Below, one piece after another: positions 12,025 to 24,952 of a DNA stretch of 64,000 nucleotides. A program made the position numbers and the translations under genes. A model generated the notes under the pieces. It had not been told where the DNA came from, did not search any database, and was given only the letters and a program-made list of their open reading frames with translations. The stretch's first letter is position 1. Each line of letters begins with the position of its first letter. The stretch lies in assembly GCA_029953675.1 (NCBI GenBank), contig JAMWBK010000008.1:620001-684000 (forward strand). The letters run 5' to 3'. Source of the DNA: Rhodosorus marinus CCMP1338 (taxonomy: Eukaryota > Plantae > Rhodophyta).

Positions 12025-13656
12025 ATGTGTCGAGGGATAATGTTATTGTTGGTTCTTACTGTTACAGCATGTGGTATGGAATGCGTGTCAGCCGCGGTTG
12101 TTCCAGCGGCCCCGCCTCCGGCGGAGAAGGTATTCGCTGTTGTAGAAACTATTGACTATGGCTCTGGGGAGGAAACGCAGGGGTTGGGCGGCTTTCAAGG
12201 AAACGTTTCTCGAGGATCGGAAAATTATGAAAGCTCAAGTTCGACACTTCCAAGAGCCGAGAAAGACCTCTCCATAAGTGTTCTCGGTGCACTGCAAGTA
12301 CCTTCGTGGAGTATTGGGTTGCTTTTAGGTTTGTTCGGATATAGCCTGGCAGGCCTGGGGATGAACTTAATTAGACTTTCCCACTTGGTTGGAGGATCGA
12401 GGAACGCCGCGGCCTTGGATAAATTGAAGGAAACCAGATTCAACAAAAAGAGCACAAAGAACAGATCCTCGGCTTTGTGGTCGATAGGATACGGGGTAAA
12501 TGCGATGGGGGGCTCCATCAATTCTTTGGGTGAGCAGCGGCCTTGGCTGAAACGCTGTGGATGTATTTTGGTGGCCCGATGGCTGCGGTATGCACCGAAA
12601 GATCTGCATCTGAACAGTTCGCTGCCTTTCCCAGGTCTTCGATTTACTGCACAGAGTCTTATGGCCCCTTTGAGCAGCGTTGCACTCGTTTCTAATGCTG
12701 TCTTCGCGACGTGCCTAAATGGAGAGACCTTGAGAATTCGTCGTGATTTGGGATCCATTTTTCTCATTTTCGTTGGCAATTGTGTCACAGTCAGCACTGG
12801 AAACCATGAGGGGTTTCAGAAACTTGCGATAGAGGAGGTATTGCTGGGTCTACAATCTTCTGACTCGTTTCTAGGACAGCACACTAATGAAGAAGCTGAT
12901 CTTTTTCGCACGTCTATCCACCCAGGTTTTCCAGCTCTGGACGAGGAAGCCGTTCGTCCTTTATTTAATTTTGACCACGGCGATGGTCGTTACACTGGCA
13001 TACCTCTACCAGAAGACGAAACGGACAATGGAAATAGAGGGAGGAAGAGAGCGAGCTCCCGCTGGGGTGTTGGTGAGACTTGGTCTGTGTCATGCAAGCG
13101 GAGGTAAGTCCCGGTACCTCAAGTATCATCGGAGGGCGACTCTCTCAGTGAAGCTTTGGAGATTGTGGCTCATGCATTACGCTGGAACGTTTGTTTCTTC
13201 CTTCCTTACGTAACAGCTGTGATGTTGGGGGTGAACAGTGTTCTGATCGCGAAGTCGCTCATGCTAGTACTCTCAGGAGGATTCTCAAACTTCCTGCGGC
13301 CCAGTTTCATGCTGTTGACTTTTCTGTGGGCTACTGTCACTGGATTTTGGCTGTACACACTTAACAAGCTGCTCCGAGAGTACGATGCGCTTTTTATTGT
13401 CCCAGTCATTGAAGTGAGCATCCGCACATCATTGATATCGCGCTTTGCTTATCCATTGTTGAACCTAGGTTTTCTGCTTTTGTAGGTGACGTGGAGCTTG
13501 ATGTCCATGATCAGCGGTGGCATTTTCTTTGATGAGTACTCGAGTATGCATGGAAGTCGTCTTGTGATTTTCTTCGTTGGTGTGAGTTTCAACGTCACAG
13601 GAATATGGCTGATTGGACACGGCAGGGAGTCCAAAGGGGAGAAGTCAAATGTCTAA
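12025..13656 (+). CDS. NIPA-type magnesium transporter (DMT superfamily) with N-terminal signal-like extension, multi-exon
   Basis: AQSLMAPLSSVALVSNAVFA, GVNSVLIAKS, FWLYTLNKLLREYDALFIVPVIE|VTWSLMSMISGGIFFDEY motifs; at least four GT-AG introns. Confidence 0.88.
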
Positions 13657-14280
13657 CGTGCTCGCACGTTTTCACGGAAGCCCTTAAAACGTGTTCCAGC
13701 GGTGCACAAGTTTTCAGTCAGAACTCAAAAAAAGGTCGGGTTTCTGAGTTTCATCACTTGGCGAATTTTCCTGAGCCGCAGGCCGCCGCGCGGAGATGGG
13801 ATTTCCTGGATGGCTCATAGCGCGCTTGCACTAACTGAATTAATTTTCGTGGTTAGCCTGTAAGGATTAGGCATAACTAACATAACTGACTGTATCGTTG
13901 TTCTTACTTAGTCATTTACTTTCGGATACAACTATAAACTGTCCAGTTTGTAACTCACCTTGCCAGGGCAGCGGGTAGTTTGCTTGGACAACATTGTTTG
14001 CTACTTACATTATATATAAAGGCGTTTTTAGTTTCATAATACAAGGATAAGTTAAATTAGCGCTTAGAAAGGGCCAAGCATGCGTCGCGAAAAGTCAACG
14101 AGGGTTGTACCCATTAAGTCGAAGCTTGACATACATGTGGAACCTGGACCCCAACGAATACCATTTCCGAAATGTCTTTGAACACCGCCGGGAACTGAGT
14201 GTTTGCCTTAGGGAGGAACAGGGGTATAAAGAGCTGCTTCAAGAGGATTCCATACTCACCCACCAAGATTGGGTCGAAGG

Positions 14281-15214
14281 TCACCGAATGAGCTTGATCT
14301 CCGAGCTGCGATCTGCTGTCAGTATGTCCTCGAACCGCCTGAGTAGAAGGCTGAGCTGTGAGCTCAGAACTTCAAGCGTTGGATTTGGCGCGAGCTTGAC
14401 TGCCTTTATACGAGCATTGGGAAGCTTCTGCTGCAGCTTGTGCGCAGCATCCAGCTCACAGCTGCCATCCCCAAGAGATACAATGTTCACCTCCTCGGTG
14501 TTCGGAAACTGTTCCCTCACGTACTTGTAAAAAGCAGTCATCTTGCAGTCGGCATCATGAGTAGCGCCAACGCCTGCAGTACAATGCTGTGCGTAGATAA
14601 CCTGACCAGGGAAAACATGCTGTTTCTGTCAACCTGAGGAGCTAGACGTCCACATCCAAATAGATGCGGATTACTGGCCGGCTTTGTTACCTTGACCTTG
14701 AGACCCAGGAGAAGCGCTTTGACTTGGGGCATGAACTGGCTCGATGAGTCATCAACCCAGCCGGGTTGAGAGTTTGTGATAATTGCAATTGATCCGTACT
14801 CTGTTGCAGTTGCAATAAACTTGCAAACAGTTTTCTCCAACACAAGAAGTCCGTTCTTCAGTCCGGGAGGAATACTCATCTGGTCCCGTTTGACACCGTG
14901 CAGCCGAAGGACGGTCGACGGCAGAATAGTATCATCCCAATCCAAAAGAATAACTTTGACACCCAAGATAAACCCAGATTCCGCGAATCGTCGTAGCAAT
15001 AAGAAGACGAAAAAGCTCGATGTTCAGCTCAGGTACACAAGAAAAAATAAATCATATGTATATATATATATATATATATATATCCTCGAACAACAAAAAA
15101 CTCACTTGTCTTATCAAGTAACCGACTATTCGTTCTGACGGGCTGGCCATGCCTCTCGTCAGAAGAACGATAAGTCATGCTATAATAAGTCACCGAGCTC
15201 TGACCCAACTCCAT
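14281..15214 (-). CDS. HAD-superfamily-like protein (protist/algal DWDDT family), multi-exon
   Basis: ILLDWDDTILPS, IITNSQPGWV, NIVSLGDGSCE and KAVKLAPNPTLEVLSSQL motifs; an intron joins LKVK|VIYAQ. First exon and start are uncertain. Confidence 0.7.
15059..15083. repeat. (TA)n microsatellite in the putative first intron of the HAD-like gene
   Basis: About 12 uninterrupted TA units. Confidence 0.9.
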
Positions 15215-18200
15215 CCCAAAACCCTCAAAACTCAAAAAAAGCCCACCAAAACGAAACCAACACACACAGCTTACTGCAAAACAAAACGAAAAACAACATA
15301 GGACGGTACCCTGTCCTCTTATGACCTTCCAGACGAACTCATAGTCCTGACAAGTACACCCCTCCTCAATCTCCAAATGCACTCACGAAAATATCCTCAT
15401 ATAACCCCCAGACCAAAGCAACTATTCTTCCGCACCTGCGAAGAAAAGGCTCCCCATCGCAGTAAAATCCCAATGCTCCCAATCCGCAACCTTCCCTGAT
15501 CCCTTTCCCAAAATTCATTGATTCCCTCTGAAAATTCCTAAATCAGTTGTTTTTGAATATGACCGGTTTATCCGTCACCCCAAAAATAACAAGATAAAAA
15601 CAATATGATATATCTTCAACGAAATACTCACCCTCTATATTTCCATAAGTTAAAATGTTAATTAATTAAATAATAGAACTTTTTTATCGGAATCTTTGGT
15701 CCGGAGATAAAATTCTCGGAGGGGGGTTAAGTTGACATATGGATTGTTCTAACCTTAGGTTGACTTGTATTGTATAGTAGGTATTTGTGGAGTTGGATAC
15801 TTTCTGTAGTTTTGGAAATTTTTGATTGGTTTGAGTTTGAGATCGTAGATATGATAGGATAAACGGTTTTGTTTTATCGGATTAACTTTGGCAGTGAAGC
15901 TTGTTTCGAGGGATGTCTGGGGGTTCACTATTAGGGATTTGATGTGTAATGGAGGGGTGGCGACGTTGGTTGGGGTGCAATTGCAATTTTGCTGGCGATC
16001 CGGATTTTGTTCAGATTTTTGCTCGGCTAAGCTTTGTTTGAGAGATTGATTGGTCTAGTCTATATGGGCTGGGTAGCTTGTGCGGGGGATCGTCTGCTTT
16101 CTGGGACGGGTGGAGCTGATTTGTGCGCTCAAGAGAGCACTGGGGTAGCTGAGTAGAAAGCTTGCAAGGGAAAACGGAAGAAAATCGATTAATCCTCCCC
16201 CTTATGCATTTGAGTAAACACACACACACACATATCTATATATTACATATGCAACGTCCCCTATAGACGCACAAAAAGGAAGAAACCGCACTACGATTGC
16301 GTTCGTTCTTCAACTTTGCTCGTTTAGATCACGCCGTTGGACCCAATTGTACTATAATCATCCAGTAGAATACTAAAGAGGCTATATTCTGTTCCATATC
16401 TCCCCGTTCTACGACATAGACGTTCACATTCACCACAGGACTGATCACCATTCAAACAGACGGTCACCCGCACAGCGAAGGTGGGACAGTCCCACTGGGA
16501 CATCCTCGGCCATGGCTTGGCCATAATTTGAAACTGATTGATATATCTCTAGAATACTATCAAAATACATTCTCGACATTGTCCAACCAGATGACGCTAA
16601 ACCTCATTCGGGAAACATGATATCTTCAAAAACAAAACAAAAACATACTGACTACCAAATGTAGCCAAAATTCCGTTACTCACGCGGATGAATTTATTTG
16701 TATTTCATTGGCTTCGATTAAACGAGGAAACATAAAATCAGAATCCTCTTGGCATATTTGTTGATGAATTCCTTAAATAAGTTATATTCAATATAGAAGC
16801 AGCCAAACAGAAAACAACACACTTGTGATTTTTACTATTTTATAGAAAAATTACAGGATCACAGAAAACATCCTCTGCTTACCAGCCAAGCATTTAGCAA
16901 CGCTTGACGGAAATAGGATATATTTTCTTAAGAAAAACATAATCACATTTGAGCTCCCACCCTTACTATTTTTTTGGTCTGAAAAGGAATATGAGACCAG
17001 GCAAACCAATGAGATACTCGAAAGTATATATCATTTGGCGAGGTTTTTATAGGCCATGCATGATTTGCATAGCTTGGAGAGGATTTTTCTTTTTTTTGGG
17101 TGTTTCGCTTCTTTCGTAATACCTAGGGGGATGGAAGAGGGTCGAAAGGTGACGCATGATTGATATTATTGAATTCATGTAATGTTCTGTACGTATTCTA
17201 GCCTTGCCCGGTTTGCAATTGGATATCAGTTTGGGGGTGGAAGCAGAGGGACATTCGAAGATGATTGATTTCATTCCTATTTCTGTTCGTTGATTTTAGA
17301 TTAAGGAACTGTCACGGTCTAAATAGTCGTCCGCCGAGCGTCCAAGCAGTACGAACCCTGCCACGACGAGTTGACGTTGAAGGCTGAGAAAGGGCAAAGT
17401 ACGCAAGTTTGTTTGAGGTGTTGGTGATCATAAAGTGGAATACGATCGGATGAATCCATCTCCTTGGTCTTTGATATTAAAGGGAAAGAAAATGATCTGA
17501 TCTAGCACCCAACGACAAGACAGTTCCTGGCGGGTTAGAGTATCGAACCTTGCAGAAAGCTCGCTAGAGCAAATGTACAGCAGCCCTTGTCGCGATATTG
17601 ACATAAAATTGATAAAAGACGTCCGGTTTCCTGTCAATAGGACACCAGAAAAGACTACCAGCAAGTGCCAGGAGAGCGCTCACCAGTATCACGAATTCCA
17701 GACTCTACCAAATCGCAATGCATCTGACAAAGAAAAGCGGACAATAGTCAATCTCAACGGACATAGATAGTCGCACCCAAAAACCTGATCATCGAAGGAC
17801 GAAAAAGGTTCCTGTCGCAACCTCGTCTCCCTCACCCTTCTACCCGAACTAAGCACATCCACTACCCGACCACACCTGCCCTTCTTTTCGGAATAGAAAC
17901 TTCCAAATTAAGCATGCGTTATCCATAAAACTCTAGTCAATAAAATATTGAATAATTGTAAATAATACGTATATTCAGTCATTTACTACTTTTTTTTTTT
18001 CATGGGTGGGGTTTCGCCAAAAGGGGTACATACTGCATGGCTTTTGGTGGTCGGATGCTGAAAAGAGGGCGGAAGGTGGTTGCGAGCGGGGGAGCTTTCA
18101 TAAAGCGTACTTGAGGAGGGCGGGAAAGATTTACATTATTAAAGGTTTATGATTTGGATGTGAACTGGAAAGTGAAAGAAGGAACTGAGCGGTGAGGTTG

Positions 18201-18423
18201 TTCGTGTGTTTTTGTTCTGGTGGAGGTGTGAAAATGGATTATGGGGAGGTTTTAGGAATTCGGAAGGGTTGCATGTTTTCGGGAAGATGAGGAGGTTGTA
18301 GCGATTTTCTGAGGTGTGTGGTTGATTTGTTTGGTGAGCCGGGAGGAGGAGGCGAGAGATTTGCCTTTGTAGATAGGGTAATAAGAGTTTTGGGGTTTTT
18401 GGAGGGATTGTTTTTAGTTGAAC

Positions 18424-19669
18424 ATGGGCGGGAAGGGTGAAAGACCCGGGTTTTTGTGTCCCTTGGCTTGGACTGAGAATGGATTTAGTGCCAAGAGGAA
18501 TGTTTGTTGCTCTTTGACAGCTGAGCTTCCGGTCGTGTTTGCGAAGACACAGGCAAAGGCGAAGGTTGTGACTGACGAGCGAGAGGTCCGGAAGGGTTCA
18601 GTTAAGAAGCGTTTGACTGAGAGGAAAAATGGGGAATTGGATGAGATTTCTGTTCGGCAGAAATTGATTACCGATCATGCGCATCTAGTACCGTTTCTTG
18701 CGAAAAAGTTAGGATGGGCCTCCTCGCCGCACTTTGATGATATTGTACAGGAGGGACTCTTGGCCCTTATTTTTGCAGCTAACAAGTATGATCGGAATAT
18801 GGGCAGAGTGGCATTTAGTACGTACGCTTCGTATTGGATCAGACAGGTAAGCGTTGGGGTTTCTTGTGTTGGGTCGTTCCCGAAGTTCGATCTATTGGAT
18901 AGCTGAGGTCAGAAAATCTCTTCATGTTGAACAGGCAATGAAGCGTGCGCATATTAAGTCGAGTCTGCTCAAAGTTCCATTTCGTAAATTTGAGCTCGGA
19001 AGGCAAGTGCAGAGAGCAAAGCGAGAACTACAAGTGCAGCTGGGAAGGGGTCCGTCTGAAGCTGAACTTGCCGCGCATCTGACATGGAGTGAGGAGAAGA
19101 CATCTATGGGCATGGATGCTGCCTCAGAGGTTCAGGTATGCGCGTGAAAGAGGCGATTCAGTCGCGTTTGTTGAATCTCCAAGTGCCGCTCTCGTACTAA
19201 GATTTTCTTTTGGTTTCATTTGAACAGAATTCTTTTGGTTTTCTTAGTTTGGACGAGGTTAACGAGCACGATACCGATCTCAAGACCTTAGTGGAATATC
19301 GTCACCTGAAATCCATCGGCCACGCTCCAGACAATCGGGAAGCAGCGGAGGCGATGGAGGAGGTTGAACGAATTCTGGAGTAAGTAGAGGAATTCTTGTT
19401 GCACTTCTTTTCAAAGAGCAGTTCGTCGTTGGTGTAACTTTCTAACGGGAGTCCGTTGATCCGTACTTTACAGTGAGACTCTGTCGCCAGGCGAGAAGGA
19501 AATCCTGCGTTTGGAGTTTGGTTTGGGCAACTCAGAGGTGAAATCTAAGACGCAGCTTGCTAAGGAAATGAATACGTCCGTATGGTACATAAACAAAGCA
19601 AGGAACAACGCCATAGAGAAACTCCGCGAGAAGAAGGAGGATCTAGTGCCGTTATTGTCCGCTTTGTAA
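18424..19669 (+). CDS. Nuclear-encoded, probably plastid-targeted RNA polymerase sigma-70 factor, 4 exons
   Basis: Region 2 DDIVQEGLLALIFAANKYD..FSTYASYWIRQ|AMKR, region 3 LGRGPSEAELAAHL..SLDE, region 4 LSPGEKEILRLEFGL; three GT-AG introns restore a single frame. Confidence 0.88.
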
Positions 19670-21024
19670 ATAATGCGAAACCGGTAGATGAAACGAAGGC
19701 ATTTGCGCGACCACTTGTATTGATATTTCCGAGTTCTACGAGCTCACAAATTGTATTGAAAGACAACCCGTAGATAAGATAAACAACACAATTTTGAAAG
19801 TTGGCAGAAATCTTGTGCTTGACATCGCGCTGAGTCGAACATGCCTTCTTCAACTCCTGAAGCGCTTCGCAAAGCTCGCAAAGCCCTTTTCGTGGCTAGT
19901 ATACAGACATCAATTGCCGAACTTTGAAATGCCATAGTCGCTTCCAGTCCAGTCACACCGTCCGAAATGTGATTCATTAGAGGAACAATTTTGTGGGGAG
20001 GGCCCTTTCAGCCCCCGTATCGTACACGGGGGGTAGCCGTGTTCAGCCCTACTTGGGACGGAGCTGGTAAGTCCTGGACATGCGGTGAAAAGGGCGAGCG
20101 CGCTCAACCCGTTTAGCACCGGGATCAGGATATGGACAGTTGTTGGTGAGGATAGACATCCCAAATCGTCACAGATAGCCGATCAGACGCGGCAGCTCCC
20201 TCTGACTAACTCCACCGGCGCACGTTCTAAACCCATTAAACTACACAAGCCAAGACACACAACACAGCATCTAAAAGTAACTGACAGATGGGGTGCCCGC
20301 GAGCAGACTTCCGGAGCGATGCAGCCAGCAACAACACGGACGTACGCTCTGATCAATTTCGGGTGGAGCGATTGAGTGACTAGCAGCAAAACAAGTTTGT
20401 CGTCTCTATTGATCAGAGTGACTTCATCGCTGCAAACTCCACTTCGCAGCTCATCCGAGCCAAGTTCTCAATTGTACGGTAGTACACTCACAAAAATGTA
20501 CTAAGACAATAATATCCAGAAAATAAGTGAAAATACAAGCACCCGCAAATTGTCTCTCAAAAAATGACTTTGCGTGCATCTCGAGCCCCACGTCAACTGG
20601 TGTTGTATGTCAGCAAACCGCAAAGATTGAATTTATAAAATAATAATCAAGTTTTCATGGAAATGGCGTTTCCTTTTGGACGTGAAACTCCGGGTTCGCG
20701 GAGAATGTCGAACGAAAAATCGAAAAATGGACAATTTATTTTTACTATTTGAATGTTTAGGGGAAGGAGGGCCATTTTGGATGGGCTTTGAAATGACCTT
20801 TCTTTTAGGTATAAAAATCTCTGCTCAAGGGGATTTGGTGAGGGGATGGAGGAAGAGCAGTGCGATCACAGTTTGGGTTTCTGTTTCTCACATATCCTAT
20901 TGTGTGCTTGGATTTGTTGTTTTGGTAGAGGGGGTGTTGTCGTTTAAAAGAACGACCGCTTCCTGATGTAGATTGTCATCGCAGATCATCGACAAATATT
21001 GGCACTGCGTTTGCTGGCTACAAT

Positions 21025-23368
21025 ATGGCCCTCCGAGACAGAATTTTTCAGATGGTGTTTTCACCCAAGTTGCGGACCGCGAACGGCAGGCGATCACTCA
21101 AGGTGGTGAAGCAATCCCCTGGTCGTGCAAAACCAAAAAATTTAAAGATCTGGGTAGCGAAGGACTGGAAGAGCATTCCCGATATTTCGAAAGGCCCGTT
21201 GACCAAAGTCAACAGGAAAATCAAGCTCTGGGCATCACGGAAGGGCATGTGCCTTGGAGAGGTTTCGGAAAACGCGTTAACCAGAGTCAAAAAAAAGCGG
21301 CAAAAACTTGACTGGGCTGAGCAGAAGATGAGATACGAAGGTTTAGACTTTCGTCTATTGATCGAGTCCTTAAAAGCGCAGATAGATACAATCCGTTCTG
21401 AAGTGCTAATAGACCCAGAATCCGAGGAGCCACCGAGGAAACTGCAGAGCCCCAAGAGCGCACAGACATTCAAAACCCGATTGAAAAACATGTCACGTTG
21501 TAATGAAGAGATTCACCGTGAACCCATGCATCAAAAAATACAGTCTCGGTTGACAGAGGTTTTTGAAAAATTGAAGCGGGAAGGTACGACAAGTCTCCTC
21601 GATGAGGAGTACGTGCCGCTGCTAGAGTTCATGGTTGTAGAAAGAGGTCTAGTAAGATGAAAAACGAAAACTCCGCTCTCGCAAGTCTATTGCTGAACAG
21701 TGCTTTTCGATTGTATCGCAGACAGAAGAGGCCGCTGACCTCCTATACGAGTTTCCAGAATATGAGAACAGTTTGCAAAAATCGAAACATATTCACAAGC
21801 TCTTCAACTTGTTTCTTGCGCATCCATGCCCTGAGGCTATCTGCTCGCTTGCAAAAAAAATTGACGCAGAAATGATTTTACAACCATATGGGGCAGAGCT
21901 CTTACAAGCAATGAGTCAGTCGGCTGTCTTTCTCGTTGACCTCAAGTCTGCAAGGAAGCTCTTTATGCTAGCCTTGTCGCGCGCGAGGAGTAATGAATCC
22001 ACGAGCTATTTTCACTCCCGACGCTTTTCTTTGAGGATTGCCATCCGTACAATCTGCTCATTTCAAATTATGCATTCTTGGACTGGAGTACAGGATATCC
22101 GAGCGAAGATGTCTCCCCGGCTGTTCGAACCGTCATTGCAGCCCACTGTGACATGGGGGATACAGCAAGAGCGCACCAACTATTTGGAATCCTACTAACT
22201 TGTTCCGCGATACAGATTCCAGCGAAGACATACGAGGGTTTGCAAATCAAGCTCATCGAGGATGGGCACTACGACAGATCTGCGAGACTGCACAACAGGC
22301 TTCTTCGCACAAGACGCATGCCCGCGGGGGATGCAATCGAATCCTTCCTTCTCGCGCTTGCTAAAACGGGTAGGCCTGCACCCACCCTTGAATAGACATG
22401 CCCAATGAGGCTTGGGGGTCTCAACGTGGGAGGAAACTGCTTAGGTAGTTTCGGAGCCTTTCACCATGTCTATAGACAAATGTTGCAGGAGCAATTCACC
22501 GACATCAAACCGTTGCACAAAGTGGTTTTAACCCTTCTCATGGACTCTCCGAGACGTGTTCGTTTGTATGCCTCCAGGATACCCCCACTAGAGCGGTCTC
22601 CTAGTCATATCAACCATTTTCTCCAATCGATCCTACTCAAGCAAGCTGGAAAAGATGCTACCAAACAATCGTATCGCTATCTTCCGTACGAAACGCTTCT
22701 TTCAGCATTCGGATACGTCGAGGACTTCGGTCGCGTATGCGACAGGAAAACCCTTGTGTTGATTGACGCTTTAATGCTTCAATCCACACGCTTTCTACCG
22801 AACCTTGTGCATGATGCCTCCGGTTCACGGTTGCTTGAAGCTATTCGGCACCTTATCAAATCATCGCACTTGGAATCGGCTTTCGAGTACCGAGATGTTC
22901 TGAAGGAGAGAAAGGGCTTGATACCCACTTGTGTATACAACAGAATGATTCGGTCCCGTCTCGAGTCAAGAAAACTCTGCTCGGCGGAAAGAGTATACTT
23001 GGAAATGCGAGATGCGCACAGTTCTGAGAACGCAAGCACTCGAGAGGTAACGTTCAGAAGCGATCGGCACCAGGTCATTGTCACAAGCTTCTGGGCTAAA
23101 CCTCATATGTAACTAATCACCTGGCTCATATATATCTGGCTCCTCCAAGATGATGACGCTCGTGGCTTTGAGGAGAAAAGGTCCAGTAGCCCTATTGCCT
23201 CGGTTTAAGTCGATGATTCAAGATGGATGGGTACCAGGCGCCTCAATTTCTCACCTATTGGTTGAGGCCGGCATGGACGTCGAATCCAAGCAGAAGGTTA
23301 CTGCCCTACTTCGGAGTTCTTACCCAAAGGCGCGTTACATTCCCGCAAAATTGAAGGGCAGTTGGTAG
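21025..23368 (+). CDS. Pentatricopeptide-repeat (PPR)-like protein with one apparent frameshift near 21997
   Basis: PPR-like helices YNLLISNYA, VIAAHCDMGDTARAHQLF, YNRMIRSRLESRKLCSAERVYLEMRD; introns 21652-21700, 22370-22444 and 23047-23149 are frame-consistent. Confidence 0.75.
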
Positions 23369-23664
23369 CTCGTGCCGATCCATCTGCGCGATGAAAGACA
23401 TTATTTTGTTCTATTATTGAACTGAACGTCACAAAGAAGCCCTCAAGCCTCAAGTCTCAAGCACACTTTGGACTCTATTCAAGATTTAATGAACGGAAAG
23501 GTTCGCATCGATTGGGAGTTACAACACTGTTTAGTTAGTCGTTATAGTCTATAAGAAGAGGAAAAATTGTTAAATTGAGGGGTAGTCGACGAACGCATGT
23601 TCCGTCAACCCTACATTGTTTGGTCAGCAGCGTGCCTTTCTCTTTCTGTATCGTGCGGTGAGTT

Positions 23665-24458
23665 CTAGCTACTGCAGCTACTGTATTTTTCAATCCACAT
23701 CCCAGCCACTTCCATGAAAGTTGTCCGGTAGAACTTTTCCAGGTTACTGATTGCCGCCTCCTCACACATGCGTCTGGTTACGCAAAAAGCAAGAGACGGA
23801 CGTTAGCTCACAAAAGGAAAGAATGGAAGCGTGTGGTCACACTTACGATATCAACGGCAAGTTTATCCGCATCTCTCCTTCAACAGTCTGGATACAAGCA
23901 TCGTCCCCATCCTCTTCCATTCTCATGCTTCCGTAGGAGTGAACAATGTCCTCAAAAGCTCGAGGTTTTGAGTCAAAATACTGAACGAAAGGCTCCTCTT
24001 CATCGTTCCACGTGTGGTGCTAAAGCAGAGGATACGGAGATAAGCTAAGCACTTGGTAATCGGCCACCATCAAGCTGAGGAGTTTTCAACCTACTTCATC
24101 AATTGTCCCGACAACGTCTTGCATCATCCCTCTGGCAATGTCCGGAATCCCGTCAAATAGCTTTGGGGTAAAGCTCTGTATTCTATGGTTGACCCCATCC
24201 TTCTCTTGCCACTCCTTCACAATTTCAATCTTCTCCAAGTGTCCAACCTCCACATATAAATTCAAATAATCGTCCTGATCTCTGATCTGACGCAGGCAAA
24301 CCAGCAAACCAGGCTCAGCATACTCACTAAAACGGAAGCCTCCGCAGTAGAGTCAGCGAGAGATTCCCTGACCCCCCAAAAAACCAAGAAAGAACTCGAC
24401 CTACCTCCCAAAACTGTTGGCGCGGAATCTCCACTCGCGCTTCTACGAGAAACTTCAT
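23665..24458 (-). CDS. START/SRPBCC-fold protein resembling the DUF2505 family, 4 exons
   Basis: Spliced product MKFLVEARVEIPRQQFWE|IRDQDDYL...FTPKLFDGIPD...EGEMRINLPLIS|RMCEEAAISNLEKFY; three frame-consistent GT-AG introns. The fold call is from pattern recognition only. Confidence 0.65.
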
Positions 24459-24952
24459 TCCCAAAAACCCAAATAATAAACCCTCCAACTCACACCTCCC
24501 AGACCAGTCTTCAGATAACTTTTCCTAGCAGACGACACCCAAAAAAAAAGAGGATAAAGACCTCTCTCCAAAATCACCCCACACAAAAAAAAACAAAACC
24601 TATCCACACCTGACACCCCCCGCCCGCTCCCCTCCCAAAACCTCCCAAGTGGTAGGTTAACCAATCCTTAAATAACAAAAAAACAAAAACAGAAACAACA
24701 CACACCACTCCTTCTCAACTACAATTCTATCCACAAGCCCCGCCTATCGTTCCCCGCCCACCCTCCCCCACCCCCAACCACACCAGTCCTACACTCCCTA
24801 TCTCTCAGTTAGAATTCATGAAAACATTCCATCCCCCTCCCCGCCCACTCAAAGCAAAACAAACCCCCTGCTGGTCAACATACCCCAACTACACCTTCTC
24901 CAAACGCCCATCCAATCCAACGAAACAAAAAAAACCTAAATATATTCATAAC

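Noticed and set aside
19744-20500. Overlapping short ORFs between the sigma and PPR genes
   Set aside because: No coherent protein or splice model.
18424-23368. Sigma factor next to a PPR gene as an organellar expression cluster
   Set aside because: Two functionally related neighbours are expected by chance in a gene-dense genome; no shared regulatory element seen.
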